Positions 27,218-37,057 of a DNA stretch of 43,481 nucleotides are shown piece by piece. The translations under genes and the position numbers were made by a program. The notes below the pieces were generated by a model that made no database searches, was not told the origin of the DNA, and saw only the letters and a list, made by a program, of their open reading frames with translations. The stretch is from Chitinophagales bacterium. Lineage in GTDB: Bacteria > Bacteroidota > Bacteroidia > Chitinophagales > UBA10324. Positions within the stretch are counted from its first letter, which is position 1. Every line of letters begins with the position of its first letter. The stretch covers positions 1 to 43,481 of the forward strand of contig JBDSEA010000035.1 of NCBI GenBank assembly GCA_039920305.1. Reading direction: 5' to 3'.

Positions 27218-28201
27218 CTATTTTATCCTGTAGCCCAGTACCATTTTAATTTTTTCAGGAGTATAAATTAACTGCGACTTATTGTTAAGAGCTATATCAT
27301 TGATATCCAGACTGTATGAAAGCAGGGCATAAAAAATATTTCCCGCATACCCGATTGAATTACGGGTGATTAGCTTGGGTGAAAAAGTTACAGGGCTGCC
27401 GAGGATATGGGTAGAATCACTGATGGTTTCCCCGATGTTCAATGCAAGCCCGGGGGTAAGCGAGGCCATGATAAAAAACCGCGCCGGGAGTACAAGTGTG
27501 TAAGCATAGCCAGCCGTTATTCCACCACTAAAAAAATTCGCATTCGAGAAAAGGTCATCGGAATTAAAGCCGGATCTGAATGCCGCAGGGAGAATGGTGG
27601 TATCGTTTCCGCTCACGTTGTAACTGGTGAAAAAAAGGCCGGCCATCGGCGAGCCCGCACTCTTTTTTTGAACCTGAGTTCCTATAAATGGCGCATTAAA
27701 GGAATATCGCGTGTAATTGAAGAGGTAATCATAATTAATCCCAAAATTAAAGACGCGGATATCATTACGTAATGTCTTACTGTCATCAGGTCCAACAGCC
27801 ACATATCCCTTATTAACTTGCAGCATGATATCTGCCACATGCTGCTTATTATAAATGGCCCCTATGAAATTTAACCCTGTTGTCTTTTGATCAGTAATTT
27901 CACTTTGTGTTAAAACGGTAATACCCAGATCCAATGCAAGGTTATTGTAAGAAACTCCGATGCCGGTTGCAATTTTGGTTTCAGGAAAAAAAGAAACCCG
28001 GTCGCTCCAGTTGGTATTGAACATATAGAATCGATTCTCCTTTGAAACCGCATATACACGCGCGCTCCATTTGCTTGCCTGCTTATTGATATAATTGGAA
28101 TCAACAGGCTTGTTCTCGAAAAGAATTTGTGATAAGACTTTTTGCCTGTCAGCTATGATTAGAACAGCCATGCAGAGTAAAAATTTGAAAAAGTAATTCA
28201 T
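27218..28201 (-). CDS. Putative outer-membrane beta-barrel protein of unknown function (possibly DUF4421-like).
   Basis: I place the start at ATG 28201 (MNYFFKFLLCMAVLIIA, a signal-like N-terminus). The protein is rich in alternating aromatic/Gly beta-strand patterns. The DUF assignment is from memory only. Confidence 0.55.
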   Translation of the reverse strand: MNYFFKFLLCMAVLIIADRQKVLSQILFENKPVDSNYINKQASKWSARVYAVSKENRFYMFNTNWSDRVSFFPETKIATGIGVSYNNLALDLGITVLTQSEITDQKTTGLNFIGAIYNKQHVADIMLQVNKGYVAVGPDDSKTLRNDIRVFNFGINYDYLFNYTRYSFNAPFIGTQVQKKSAGSPMAGLFFTSYNVSGNDTTILPAAFRSGFNSDDLFSNANFFSGGITAGYAYTLVLPARFFIMASLTPGLALNIGETISDSTHILGSPVTFSPKLITRNSIGYAGNIFYALLSYSLDINDIALNNKSQLIYTPEKIKMVLGYRIK

Positions 28202-28488
28202 AGTTGAATTGAGGATTTGGAAGCTGTCAAATGCAATCATCATTCCTTAACCACACGGACAATAAAGTTTAAAGTGATCAATGTAGCTGAAGTTTTCATT
28301 GAAAATATCGCTGTTAAGCTCACAAAGGTGCGATTTTATTACACGAAAATTTCATCACACAAGAGCAAGGCATTTGTTTATTTGCTTACTTGCCCTGATG
28401 GAAGGTTGCGGCATTAAATTTATCATGAAATTTTTTTATCAGTATCTGACAGGGGATAATCCTCAGTTGTGATTAACCGATCAAATCC

Positions 28489-29448
28489 TCATTTTCCATA
28501 TTTCTTCAGCTCATTCCACATCAGTGATGCCGCACCAAGAATACCGGCCTCATTTTCAGGAAGGGCGGATGGAAGGATTTTGGTTTTTCCTTTATATACA
28601 TTCAGGATATTTTTTCGAAAACTTTTTGTCACAGGCTTAAATATGGCATCACCGCTTTGCGTTAGTCCCCCGAATAAAAATATTGCCTCAGGGCTTGTAT
28701 AGCAGCATGCATTGGCCAGTGCAATTCCAAGAACATGACCGGTAAATTCAAAGGCCTGCCTGGCCTCTGCTTCCCCGCGCTTAAATTTTTCATAAATAAA
28801 TTTTGAGCTCACCTCCTCCCGGGGAATACTTAACTTGCTTATTGATTGATCGATGATTTCCAGATACGTTCGGGTAATCCCTGTGGCAGAACAGTATTGC
28901 TCAAGGCACCCTCTTCTTCCGCACCCGCAATGCCTTCCATTTTCGTAGACAATAGTATGCCCCATCTCTCCGGCAAAACCATCATGGCCATAAACAATTC
29001 TGCCATCTACAACTATTCCGCTTCCGAGCCCCGTTCCCAGCGTGATGAAATAAAAATGCCTCATGTGTTTAGCTCCGCCGAAAATCATTTCCCCAATCGC
29101 TGCGGCCTTGGCATCGTTTGTAAGTGCCACAGGAAGATGAGCAGCATCCATAAAAAGCTTAGCCATCGGAATGATTCCCTTCCACGGCAGGTTTGGAGCA
29201 AACCCGATGGTACCTGAATAATAATTTCCATTGGGTGAGCCTATGCCGATTCCCTGCAATTCTGCCCCTTCTATTTTTTGTGCTTCACTTAAAATAATTT
29301 TGGTTATTGACGCAACAAATTTTTCAGCATTTGGGAATTTCTTGGTTGGAAGACTATCATGTATTAAAACCTTTCCGTTTTCATTAACCAACCCATATTT
29401 GATATTTGTTCCGCCAATATCAATACCTGCTACAATTTTAATTTCCAT
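28489..29448 (-). CDS. ROK-family sugar kinase (glucokinase-like).
   Basis: It has the N-terminal ATP-binding motif GIDIGGTNIKYGLV, the ROK zinc motif GHTIV...HCGCGRRGCLEQY, and a C-terminal GGL...ILGAA. Confidence 0.85.
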   Translation of the reverse strand: MEIKIVAGIDIGGTNIKYGLVNENGKVLIHDSLPTKKFPNAEKFVASITKIILSEAQKIEGAELQGIGIGSPNGNYYSGTIGFAPNLPWKGIIPMAKLFMDAAHLPVALTNDAKAAAIGEMIFGGAKHMRHFYFITLGTGLGSGIVVDGRIVYGHDGFAGEMGHTIVYENGRHCGCGRRGCLEQYCSATGITRTYLEIIDQSISKLSIPREEVSSKFIYEKFKRGEAEARQAFEFTGHVLGIALANACCYTSPEAIFLFGGLTQSGDAIFKPVTKSFRKNILNVYKGKTKILPSALPENEAGILGAASLMWNELKKYGK

Positions 29449-29593
29449 CGCTGTGAATTCTGTAAATGCTCTTTTTTGCTACATTTTAATTTATGGGTTC
29501 AAAACATTTCATACCTCTGTTTCAGCTTTAACCCATTATGAATTCAGGCTCCCGCAATTTAGATTGAATGCCCCTGTACATGTATCATTAAGT

Positions 29594-30964
29594 TTAGGAG
29601 CCAATGGTATGCTTTACATTCTGTACTACTGCACCATTAATCATTTTAATTATGGGCTTATGTTTTTTCCTTGTAGAAATTTTAATCCCTTCGAAGGAAT
29701 CGCTGCAGCGTGAAGTAACAACACATCCTTCTAATATCAGTGTTGCCCGGGGATATAAAATAATTTCTCCCCTTGGGGGAAGTGAAAGGGTGCAACGGAC
29801 AGTTAGTGTCGCGTTGTTCTCCACTATCAGATCACCATACTGATCTCTGGATCCGTTCCATTCCACATTTTCACCACTATGAATGATGGTTGTTTTTGAA
29901 GAATCATATTCACACCACCGGGGTTCCGCATATTTTCCCACAGAGCGATTATTATAAAAGTTCTGAATCACCTTGCTGATCTGACAGGGTGAAAGTGCAT
30001 TTTTATAAGCATTATAATCCATTACATTATTTGAAACCTCCTGACATCCCTGTGGCTCGTTAAAATTCCAGCAGCCGGGATTTTTTGGAGTATCATCACA
30101 CCCATCATCCATATTCCAGGTATGCTGAAGACCCAGGCAGTGACCAAGCTCGTGATTCAACAACCCCGCAGCATCCCATGTGGTAAACCGGAAAGTATCA
30201 CCCCGCTGGGTAATATTCGGATGCTTCCAGATATAATAGCTACCTGCGAGCTTGGCCCAGTTGCCAAGACCAACACCATCATTTGAAGCTTTGTAGGTAG
30301 GACTTATTAAGCTATCCGGGCAATGCTCAATGAGGAAAATATTAATGACAGAATCTTTTTGCAATCCATATTTTTTGTATTGACGCTGGTCAAAAACGCT
30401 GTTCAGCTGTTTGCCCCGGGCTTTTTTATTCATGCAGAACAATGAATCATCGGCATGAAAATAAATACCATCGTCATTTGAATTATTTGGAACCCCGGTT
30501 AACACAAATCGAAAGGGAACCGGCAGTGCAGGATTATCATGCCCATGAGGAAGCATCATCCTTGTATTATTACCCAGTCGCTGATTAGCATCCTGTACCA
30601 TTTGCCTGACCCATTTCCGCCCCTCACCCTCAGAAAAATTATTTTGCCCTATTGCATCCTGCATCACATGCACATTAATGCGTACATAAAACATGGGAGT
30701 ATATTCAGGATGCAGGGAATCAGGAAGGTAGCTTGACCCTTCACTGCAAGATCTGGAAATTATTCTTCGCTTGCTCGAATCAATAGTCACATCAGCAATC
30801 GTAGCAAAACGCTGTGTCGTTTTCTGCGCAATCAGCTCACGCGGTAAAGTGGAAAGAAAAATAATGATGAAAAGAAAAATTTTCTCTGTCCCGCTGAAAG
30901 GATTATGAATAATCAACCTCAGTGTTTTCACAATATGGCTAACAGTTAGGTTATGAATTGACAA
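29594..30964 (-). CDS. Secreted zinc metalloprotease, M43 (pappalysin/cytophagalysin-like) family.
   Basis: HELGHCLGLQHTW is followed by DDTP and NNVMDY. An N-terminal hydrophobic segment is present. No in-frame ATG lies near the 5' end, so the start is TTG at 30964 or a nearby GTG. Confidence 0.75.
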   Translation of the reverse strand: MSIHNLTVSHIVKTLRLIIHNPFSGTEKIFLFIIIFLSTLPRELIAQKTTQRFATIADVTIDSSKRRIISRSCSEGSSYLPDSLHPEYTPMFYVRINVHVMQDAIGQNNFSEGEGRKWVRQMVQDANQRLGNNTRMMLPHGHDNPALPVPFRFVLTGVPNNSNDDGIYFHADDSLFCMNKKARGKQLNSVFDQRQYKKYGLQKDSVINIFLIEHCPDSLISPTYKASNDGVGLGNWAKLAGSYYIWKHPNITQRGDTFRFTTWDAAGLLNHELGHCLGLQHTWNMDDGCDDTPKNPGCWNFNEPQGCQEVSNNVMDYNAYKNALSPCQISKVIQNFYNNRSVGKYAEPRWCEYDSSKTTIIHSGENVEWNGSRDQYGDLIVENNATLTVRCTLSLPPRGEIILYPRATLILEGCVVTSRCSDSFEGIKISTRKKHKPIIKMINGAVVQNVKHTIGS

Positions 30965-31015
30965 AACTATTCCCTTCCGCTAATCTTTAATCATGTTTAA
31001 TCCCGGGTGTTCTTT

Positions 31016-31023
31016 TAAGTTTG
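31016..31023 (+). promoter_or_regulatory. Bacteroidota-type -7 promoter box for the TPR lipoprotein gene.
   Basis: TAAGTTTG ends 16 nt upstream of the ATG at 31040. Confidence 0.4.
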
Positions 31024-31039
31024 TGTTTAAATATTTTTT

Positions 31040-31573
31040 ATGAGTAAAATAATTCTTGCATTTGTGACAATGGTGCTCATGAGCTGTAACTTTCATGATC
31101 AGAGAAAGAATGATGCGACAGAAGCTTTGACTAAAGCAAATCAATTACTAATGGCTAATCATTCTGACACCTTAGCCGTAAAAAACGCACAGGAAGCTGT
31201 TCGGGCATTTGTAAATAGATTTCCTGAAGATACAGTTAGTCCTTTCCTGCTGTTCGAGCTTGCACTCGTTTATGAAAAACAAAGACAATATGATTCTACA
31301 ATAAAAACTCTTGATAAAATCTATTCTTTCTATCCGCACTCGAAGCAAGCCGGCAAAGCCGTTTTTCTACAAGGATTTTTATACGCGAACGTGCTGAACA
31401 AGCTGGACAAGGCCAAAGAATTGTATCAGCTGTATCTTGAAAAATATTCATCTTCAGATTCTAAGATGACCAATGATGTGAAAATGGAAATACAGAATCT
31501 CGGTAAAAGCCCTGACCAGATTTTGAAAGAGATTCAGGAGAAAGCAAAGATGGATTCCGCGCAGGCATCTTAG
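31040..31573 (+). CDS. TPR-like lipoprotein.
   Basis: It has a lipoprotein-type signal (MSKIILAFVTMVLMSC) and helical repeat content with TPR-like spacing (ALVYEKQRQYDSTIKTLDKIYSFYP, AVFLQGFLYAN). Confidence 0.65.
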   Translation: MSKIILAFVTMVLMSCNFHDQRKNDATEALTKANQLLMANHSDTLAVKNAQEAVRAFVNRFPEDTVSPFLLFELALVYEKQRQYDSTIKTLDKIYSFYPHSKQAGKAVFLQGFLYANVLNKLDKAKELYQLYLEKYSSSDSKMTNDVKMEIQNLGKSPDQILKEIQEKAKMDSAQAS

Positions 31574-31602
31574 TGATTTGATTTGATGCTGGCATTTATC
31601 TT

Positions 31603-32466
31603 TTAGTAATCTTTCATTTTTTCAATAAGCTGAATCGTTTCCCGCGCTTCTTTTACATCATGTACCCGAAGCAGTTTCGCACCCTTCATCAGTGCAATTG
31701 CATTGATAGCCGTTGTTCCATTGAGTGCGTTGTGAGGGTTTACTTTAAGCACATTACAAATCATTGATTTTCTCGATAACCCTGCAAGCATTGGCAAGCC
31801 AAAAATTTTGAAGACATCGAGATGATTCAGAAGCCCGAAATTATGTTCGACGGTTTTACCGAACCCAAACCCGGGATCAACAATGATGTCGTACATTCCA
31901 AGTTCATTGAGTTTTAATATTTTTTCCTTTAGGAAATCAAAAACTTCTTTTACCACACCTCCATCATCTAATCCAGATTCGTTATAGACAGGATTGAATT
32001 GCATCGTTAACGGGGTGCCCTGCATGTGCATCAAAACATATGGAACCTTTAGTTTGGAAATCACCGAAAGAAGATTTTTATCAAATCTTCCACCAGAAAT
32101 ATCATTAACCATGGAGGCACCTGCCTGTACCGCTTCCTCAGCAACTTTGCCTCGCCAGGTATCCACAGAAATAATTGATTCAGGAAAATTCTTGTGAATG
32201 CTTTCTATTGCCGGAATCACACGCATTAATTCTGTTGATTCCGAAATTTCCTGACTGCCAGGTCTTGATGACATTCCACCGGTATCCAGTATCGCCGCAC
32301 CTTCCTCAAGCATTTTTCCGGCAGCAGCAAGGAGCTCTGCATCCGTTTTTAATTTACCGCCATCATAGAATGAATCAGGTGTTACGTTAATAATACCCAT
32401 TACTTGAGGCGTTGATAGATCGAGCAATCGCCCGCGGCAATTCAAAAGTGTTTTATACAAAATCAT
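31603..32466 (-). CDS. folP: Dihydropteroate synthase.
   Basis: Motifs GIINVTPDSFYDGG, DTGGMSSRPG, MVNDISGG and DPGFGFGKT match. Confidence 0.95.
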   Translation of the reverse strand: MILYKTLLNCRGRLLDLSTPQVMGIINVTPDSFYDGGKLKTDAELLAAAGKMLEEGAAILDTGGMSSRPGSQEISESTELMRVIPAIESIHKNFPESIISVDTWRGKVAEEAVQAGASMVNDISGGRFDKNLLSVISKLKVPYVLMHMQGTPLTMQFNPVYNESGLDDGGVVKEVFDFLKEKILKLNELGMYDIIVDPGFGFGKTVEHNFGLLNHLDVFKIFGLPMLAGLSRKSMICNVLKVNPHNALNGTTAINAIALMKGAKLLRVHDVKEARETIQLIEKMKDY

Positions 32467-32551
32467 TGTATTTTTCGCAACAAAGTGGAATCCGGCATTT
32501 GAAAAAAACCTGATCCCTGGTGCACTTAAATGCTTTGCCCGGTTTTCATAC

Positions 32552-33160
32552 GTGTTTTTGCAAATGCGTCATTCAGGGGTTAGCACTCACTGGTCAAAAG
32601 TATTTTCTAAAACTTTGGAAAGCAAGACAACACTACAATTTGACGGCGAAGCAAAAGTTTGCCGCGATATTTTTTTAAAAAAGGCCACCGATTATGGCAC
32701 ATCCTGGCGTGTACTTCGACTCTCCTCACTTGCAGATCAGATATTCATTAAGGCCCAGCGCATCCGTACCATTGATCTGGCTGATGTAAAAAAAGTTGCC
32801 GAAGAGATGGACAGTGAATTTATAGGAGTCGTGAACTATGCCATTATTGCATTGATTCGGTTGGAAATGGGAGATAGAATTGAAGAAGAAATTCCACCCG
32901 GTACATTAATGAAGTTGTATGATGAAAAAATGATTGCTGCAAAAAATTTAATGTTCGCTAAGAACCACGATTACGGTGAAGCCTGGCGTGACATGCTCAT
33001 CAGTTCCTTCACTGATCTTATCATGATGCGCATTCTGCGTATTCGTCAAATTGCATTTAATGAGGGAAAAACCCTCGTGAGCGAGGGTATTGACGCCAAT
33101 CTCTTTGACATTATCAACTACGCTATTTTTGCCCTCATCAAAATCAGTGAACAGAAATGA
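32552..33160 (+). CDS. DUF1599-family protein (internally duplicated all-helical domain).
   Basis: Two copies of one motif block are present: DYGTSWRVLRLSSLADQIFIKAQRIRTI...VVNYAIIALIRL and DYGEAWRDMLISSFTDLIMMRILRIRQI...IINYAIFALIKI. The start is uncertain (GTG 32552 or ATG 32564). Confidence 0.75.
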   Translation: MFLQMRHSGVSTHWSKVFSKTLESKTTLQFDGEAKVCRDIFLKKATDYGTSWRVLRLSSLADQIFIKAQRIRTIDLADVKKVAEEMDSEFIGVVNYAIIALIRLEMGDRIEEEIPPGTLMKLYDEKMIAAKNLMFAKNHDYGEAWRDMLISSFTDLIMMRILRIRQIAFNEGKTLVSEGIDANLFDIINYAIFALIKISEQK

Positions 33161-34329
33161 GAATTCTCCTGCGAATTCTGACAATTTTTATCGGAATATT
33201 TTTCATTTTCTCCGGCTTTGTAAAAGGAGTGGATCCGCTTGGTTTTTCCTACAAGCTCGATGAATATTTCGAAGTATTTGCTGATTCCGTTAAAGAAACC
33301 GGATGGCTTTCTTCACTGATGATATGGTGTAAAAACATTTCATTATTCCTATCTGTTTCTATGATTGTGCTTGAGATGGCTCTTGGATGGATGCTGATCT
33401 TTGGAATACATATGCGGCTTACTACCACACTGATGCTGCTATTGATGGTATTTTTTACATTCCTCACCGGCTACTCATGGTATACCGGTAAAATTACCGA
33501 TTGCGGTTGCTTCGGCGATGCCATTCATCTTTCCAATTCAGAAACATTCTATAAAGACGTGGTGCTCACAATTCTTATAGTCGTGATATTTATTTTCCGA
33601 AGAAAAATTACCCCGCTTTTTCCTTCTGCAGCAGGTAATATTGTTATGGCAACAGGAATAGCTGCGTCCATTTTACTCCCTGTTTACTGCCTGCGTCATT
33701 TACCCATCATTGATTTCCGCCCCTACAAAATTGGTAATAATATCCGTGAGGCAATGACTTTGCCTCCAGGATCAAAGCCAACCATTTACAAATCTATTCT
33801 CACATATAAAAACAAAGGCACCGGTGAAGTTAAGGATTATCCGAGTGATAATTTTCCGTGGAATGATTCAGTGTGGGTGGCTAACTGGGAATTTGTTTCA
33901 ACCGGAAATCAGCTTATTCAGGAAGGAGATAAGCCCAGGATCACTGACTTTCATGTGTGGGATGATCAGAATAATGATTTGACCTCTGCAGTACTCGATA
34001 ATCCGGGTTACCATTTCTGGGTTGTAGCATATGATATGAATGCAGCTAACCGGGAATCATTTACCAGACTGGGAGAACTTGCAAAAAAAGCAGAAGAGAG
34101 CAAAATTCAATTCATTGGATTAACGGCAACTCCCTATGAGCAGCTTGATCCCATCCGGCATGAGCTGAATGCGGCTTTTCCTTTTTATTATTCTGACGGA
34201 ACAGTGCTGAAAACCATCATCCGCGCTAACCCCGGGTTGATTTTACTTAAAGGTCCTGTGCCGGTTGCCATGTGGCACTACAATGATTTACCAACCTATA
34301 ATGAAATTTCATCAAAATATTTCCAATGA
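33157..34329 (+). CDS. DoxX/MauE-like membrane protein with a C-terminal soluble, possibly thioredoxin-fold, domain (BT_3928-like family).
   Basis: An ATGA start/stop overlap joins it to the DUF1599 gene. It has 4-5 N-terminal TM helices and a TDCGCFGD motif, then a soluble C-terminal half of about 190 aa. Confidence 0.65.
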   Translation: MRILLRILTIFIGIFFIFSGFVKGVDPLGFSYKLDEYFEVFADSVKETGWLSSLMIWCKNISLFLSVSMIVLEMALGWMLIFGIHMRLTTTLMLLLMVFFTFLTGYSWYTGKITDCGCFGDAIHLSNSETFYKDVVLTILIVVIFIFRRKITPLFPSAAGNIVMATGIAASILLPVYCLRHLPIIDFRPYKIGNNIREAMTLPPGSKPTIYKSILTYKNKGTGEVKDYPSDNFPWNDSVWVANWEFVSTGNQLIQEGDKPRITDFHVWDDQNNDLTSAVLDNPGYHFWVVAYDMNAANRESFTRLGELAKKAEESKIQFIGLTATPYEQLDPIRHELNAAFPFYYSDGTVLKTIIRANPGLILLKGPVPVAMWHYNDLPTYNEISSKYFQ

Positions 34330-34381
34330 AAAAAAAGAACCTTCCTATCTAAATTAAAAGATTCTTAAGCCTAATTAAACT

Positions 34382-34389
34382 TAGATTTG
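34382..34389 (+). promoter_or_regulatory. Bacteroidota-type -7 promoter box for the beta-propeller gene pair.
   Basis: TAGATTTG ends 17 nt upstream of the ATG at 34407. Confidence 0.4.
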
Positions 34390-34406
34390 CTAAACATGAA
34401 TTTTCA

Positions 34407-35435
34407 ATGTTAAGATCCCTTTCCTTATTCCTTCTTTATTTATTTAATTCCTACGCAAGTTATTCTCAACCCCAGTTTGAGAAGGTTTATCCGATAGCTG
34501 CAAGAGCCACGGATATTGAAAAAACTATTGATAGTAATTATATTGTTCTTGGTGAAATAGATGCGTCGTATAATGATACTTTTGTTCTTATTAAGATTGA
34601 TAAAAATGGAGAAATTTTATGGTCAAAGAAATATTATGATTCCGTTCACTGTGAGGCAACGGATATTATAGAAACACCGGATAGCGGTTTTGCAGTTGCT
34701 GCTGGTATTTTATTTCGATTTGATAAGAATGGTGATCTTTTGTGGCAAAATGAGAAATACAATTGTCCGGTATATTATGTGAAAATGGATACAAATGACG
34801 GTTTTATAGCCTGCGGCCACACCCTGATAAAAGGTGTAATAGTAAAGTATGATTATAATGGTAATATTGATTGGGCACATAAAGATTGGTATTTTGTAAA
34901 TGGTGTTCATCGGTTATCAAATGGGAATTATCTTTTTGCAATAGGATATTATGACGGTTTTCACCTGGTTGAAATGAATACGGAAGAAGATATTATAAAT
35001 GATAATCTTGTAGCAGACATGGAGGTGCAATCTATCACCCCTTTAAGTGACACCACATTTCTATTTACTGGAATATCGACCAATTCAGCTCTTAGAATAA
35101 TTATTACAAATACTACTGGGGATATTAAATTAGACAGGCAATATTTTAATATATATCATTCATATCAGGAGGAGTTTCTATCTTCAGCAATTTTTAAAGA
35201 CGGTAATTATTATATTGTTACTAATATTCCATATCAATGGGGTAATCGTGGAATCCTTTTTAAAATTGATTCCACCGGTGTACCGGGTTTTGCCCGATAT
35301 TATAAATACAATGGGGAACTTCGTAACTTAACAGAATCCTTTGATGGAGGTTTCCTTCTTGCGGGATGGGTTCACATGACATACGATTCGGATATGCAAT
35401 TAATTAAAACTAATATCTTGGGAAAAACACATTAA
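34407..35435 (+). CDS. Secreted repeat protein, beta-propeller-like, function unknown.
   Basis: It has a signal peptide (MLRSLSLFLLYLFNSYASYSQ) and a recurring blade-like motif: IKIDKNGEILWSKKY, FRFDKNGDLLWQNEKY, VKYDYNGNIDWAHK, FKIDSTG. Confidence 0.6.
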   Translation: MLRSLSLFLLYLFNSYASYSQPQFEKVYPIAARATDIEKTIDSNYIVLGEIDASYNDTFVLIKIDKNGEILWSKKYYDSVHCEATDIIETPDSGFAVAAGILFRFDKNGDLLWQNEKYNCPVYYVKMDTNDGFIACGHTLIKGVIVKYDYNGNIDWAHKDWYFVNGVHRLSNGNYLFAIGYYDGFHLVEMNTEEDIINDNLVADMEVQSITPLSDTTFLFTGISTNSALRIIITNTTGDIKLDRQYFNIYHSYQEEFLSSAIFKDGNYYIVTNIPYQWGNRGILFKIDSTGVPGFARYYKYNGELRNLTESFDGGFLLAGWVHMTYDSDMQLIKTNILGKTH

Positions 35436-35437
35436 CT

Positions 35438-37057
35438 ATGATAAATCTTCGTGTTGGTGTTTTCTTAAACGTAATATTTCTTGCTAATTCACTCCTTGGA
35501 CAAAACATCACTAATGTTTATAATTTCGGGGGAAATGATTATGACAACATTTTATATCTTAAGATTGATAGTCTGGGTAATAAAATCATCTTGAGTGAAT
35601 GCTCCCCAGATCTGAGCATAGCACAGGATTCTCTATACCCATTAGGGTCCACAGATGTATACCTTTTTAAACAGAATGATACGGACAGCATTCTGTGGAG
35701 TAAGCATTTTGGTTTACCGGAAGCAAGTTTTAATCCTCAATTTTGCCTAACAATTGATGGTAGTGGAAATATCATAGCAGGGATACCTATAGAATCCGGA
35801 TTTTCTTATGGTGATATTATATTTTGTGAAGATTCAGTCTTTATGTATGATTCTACATTCTGTTTTCCCGATAGTTATTGTTCTTACACTATTTTATTTA
35901 AATTTTCACCGGATGGTAAATTACTTTGGACAAAAAAATCTTTTTATCCGGTTCCGATTACAGCCGACAATAATGATTATCTCTATATGCATGGCGAGTA
36001 TAATAATAGTGATACAGCTTATTTGTTGCAAAAGGTTGATTCCATGGGTAATTTAATCTGGAATTTAGGTTATACTTGTGATAATCCGGCAGGAATACAG
36101 TCAATAACTACTAATAACAGTGGAAATATTCTTGTAGCGGGATATTATTATACTAACATTTGTCTTGGACCCTTTACCTTAAATTCTGCTGGAAATGATG
36201 ATGCATATATCACTCTTGTTGATTCAAATGGAAATTATCTCTGGGCAAAAAGCGCGGGTGGAACAGACTATGAAAATTTAAACATGGCTGTATTTGATAA
36301 TCAGGGAAACATATATTTTGTAGGAAATGCAAAGGATGACATGTTATTTGATTCTATGCAGATTTCATCTTATTATAATTACTATACGTACGTAGCAAAG
36401 TACAGATCGGATGGAGAATTTTTATGGGTTAAAGCTTTAGACGGTGTTTATACTCCCCTGAATGATATCGCAACAGATCGGGAAGGAAATCTATTTTTAT
36501 TGTCAGCCATAACCGAAAATGTAGATTTAGGAAATGGAGTTTTTATTTCCTTTATAAATTCTGCTTCTAATTGCATACTTATAAAACTGGATTCGAATGG
36601 AGTGGCTCAATGGGGAGTGAATTTAGGGGGTGGACAAAATGAAGGTAATAGTCTTGTTATTGGCAGAGACAGTACTATATACACCGCTGAGTACTATTAT
36701 GATCATTTGAATTTTGATCTTTACGATTTAAATTCATACGGTGCTTATGATGTATGCATTATTACCCTGGAAGACAACCAGGATATTACTGCAGTAAATG
36801 TCATGAAGCCTGTTGCTCATCAGTTTTCTATAGTTCCCAATCCTGCAAATGATCATATCATGGTCAATTTTGACCTGCTTCCAGGGGATGGGGAAATATC
36901 AATTTATGACCTAAGAGGCCGGGAAGTTCTTAGAAATAAAGTTTTAAGAAATGAAAATCATATAAGCCTGAGCTTAAAAACGCTAACACCTGAATTATTT
37001 ATTATAAAGTTAGAAACAGCTTTTGAAACTTTTACAGAAAAGCTTGTAGTCAAATAA
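35438..37057 (+). CDS. Secreted SBBP-like beta-propeller repeat protein with a T9SS type-A CTD.
   Basis: It has a signal peptide and repeats of D..GN.. type (DGSGNIIAG, DSMGNLIWN, NNSGNILVAGYY, DSNGNYLWAKSAGG, DNQGNIYFVGN, DREGNLFLL, DSNGVAQWG). The C-terminus FSIVPNPANDHIMVNF...FIIKLETAFETFTEKLVVK is a T9SS CTD. Confidence 0.7.
   Translation: MINLRVGVFLNVIFLANSLLGQNITNVYNFGGNDYDNILYLKIDSLGNKIILSECSPDLSIAQDSLYPLGSTDVYLFKQNDTDSILWSKHFGLPEASFNPQFCLTIDGSGNIIAGIPIESGFSYGDIIFCEDSVFMYDSTFCFPDSYCSYTILFKFSPDGKLLWTKKSFYPVPITADNNDYLYMHGEYNNSDTAYLLQKVDSMGNLIWNLGYTCDNPAGIQSITTNNSGNILVAGYYYTNICLGPFTLNSAGNDDAYITLVDSNGNYLWAKSAGGTDYENLNMAVFDNQGNIYFVGNAKDDMLFDSMQISSYYNYYTYVAKYRSDGEFLWVKALDGVYTPLNDIATDREGNLFLLSAITENVDLGNGVFISFINSASNCILIKLDSNGVAQWGVNLGGGQNEGNSLVIGRDSTIYTAEYYYDHLNFDLYDLNSYGAYDVCIITLEDNQDITAVNVMKPVAHQFSIVPNPANDHIMVNFDLLPGDGEISIYDLRGREVLRNKVLRNENHISLSLKTLTPELFIIKLETAFETFTEKLVVK

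Noticed and set aside
28217-28417. A 66-aa plus-strand ORF between the OMP and ROK kinase genes.
   Set aside because: It overlaps the 5' end of the OMP ORF, has no motifs, and has an odd composition. It is more likely the promoter and 3' spacer of the flanking minus-strand genes.
29231-29713. A 160-aa plus-strand ORF spanning the ROK start, the intergenic spacer and the M43 protease 3' end.
   Set aside because: It is antisense to two well-supported genes and its translation is low-complexity and hydrophobic, so it is a shadow ORF.
32467-32551. A folate (THF)-type riboswitch or structured leader in the folP/DUF1599 divergent spacer.
   Set aside because: I found only a 6-bp GCATTT/AAATGC pairing (32495-32500 with 32528-32533). 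The spacer is too short and too weakly structured for a known riboswitch class.
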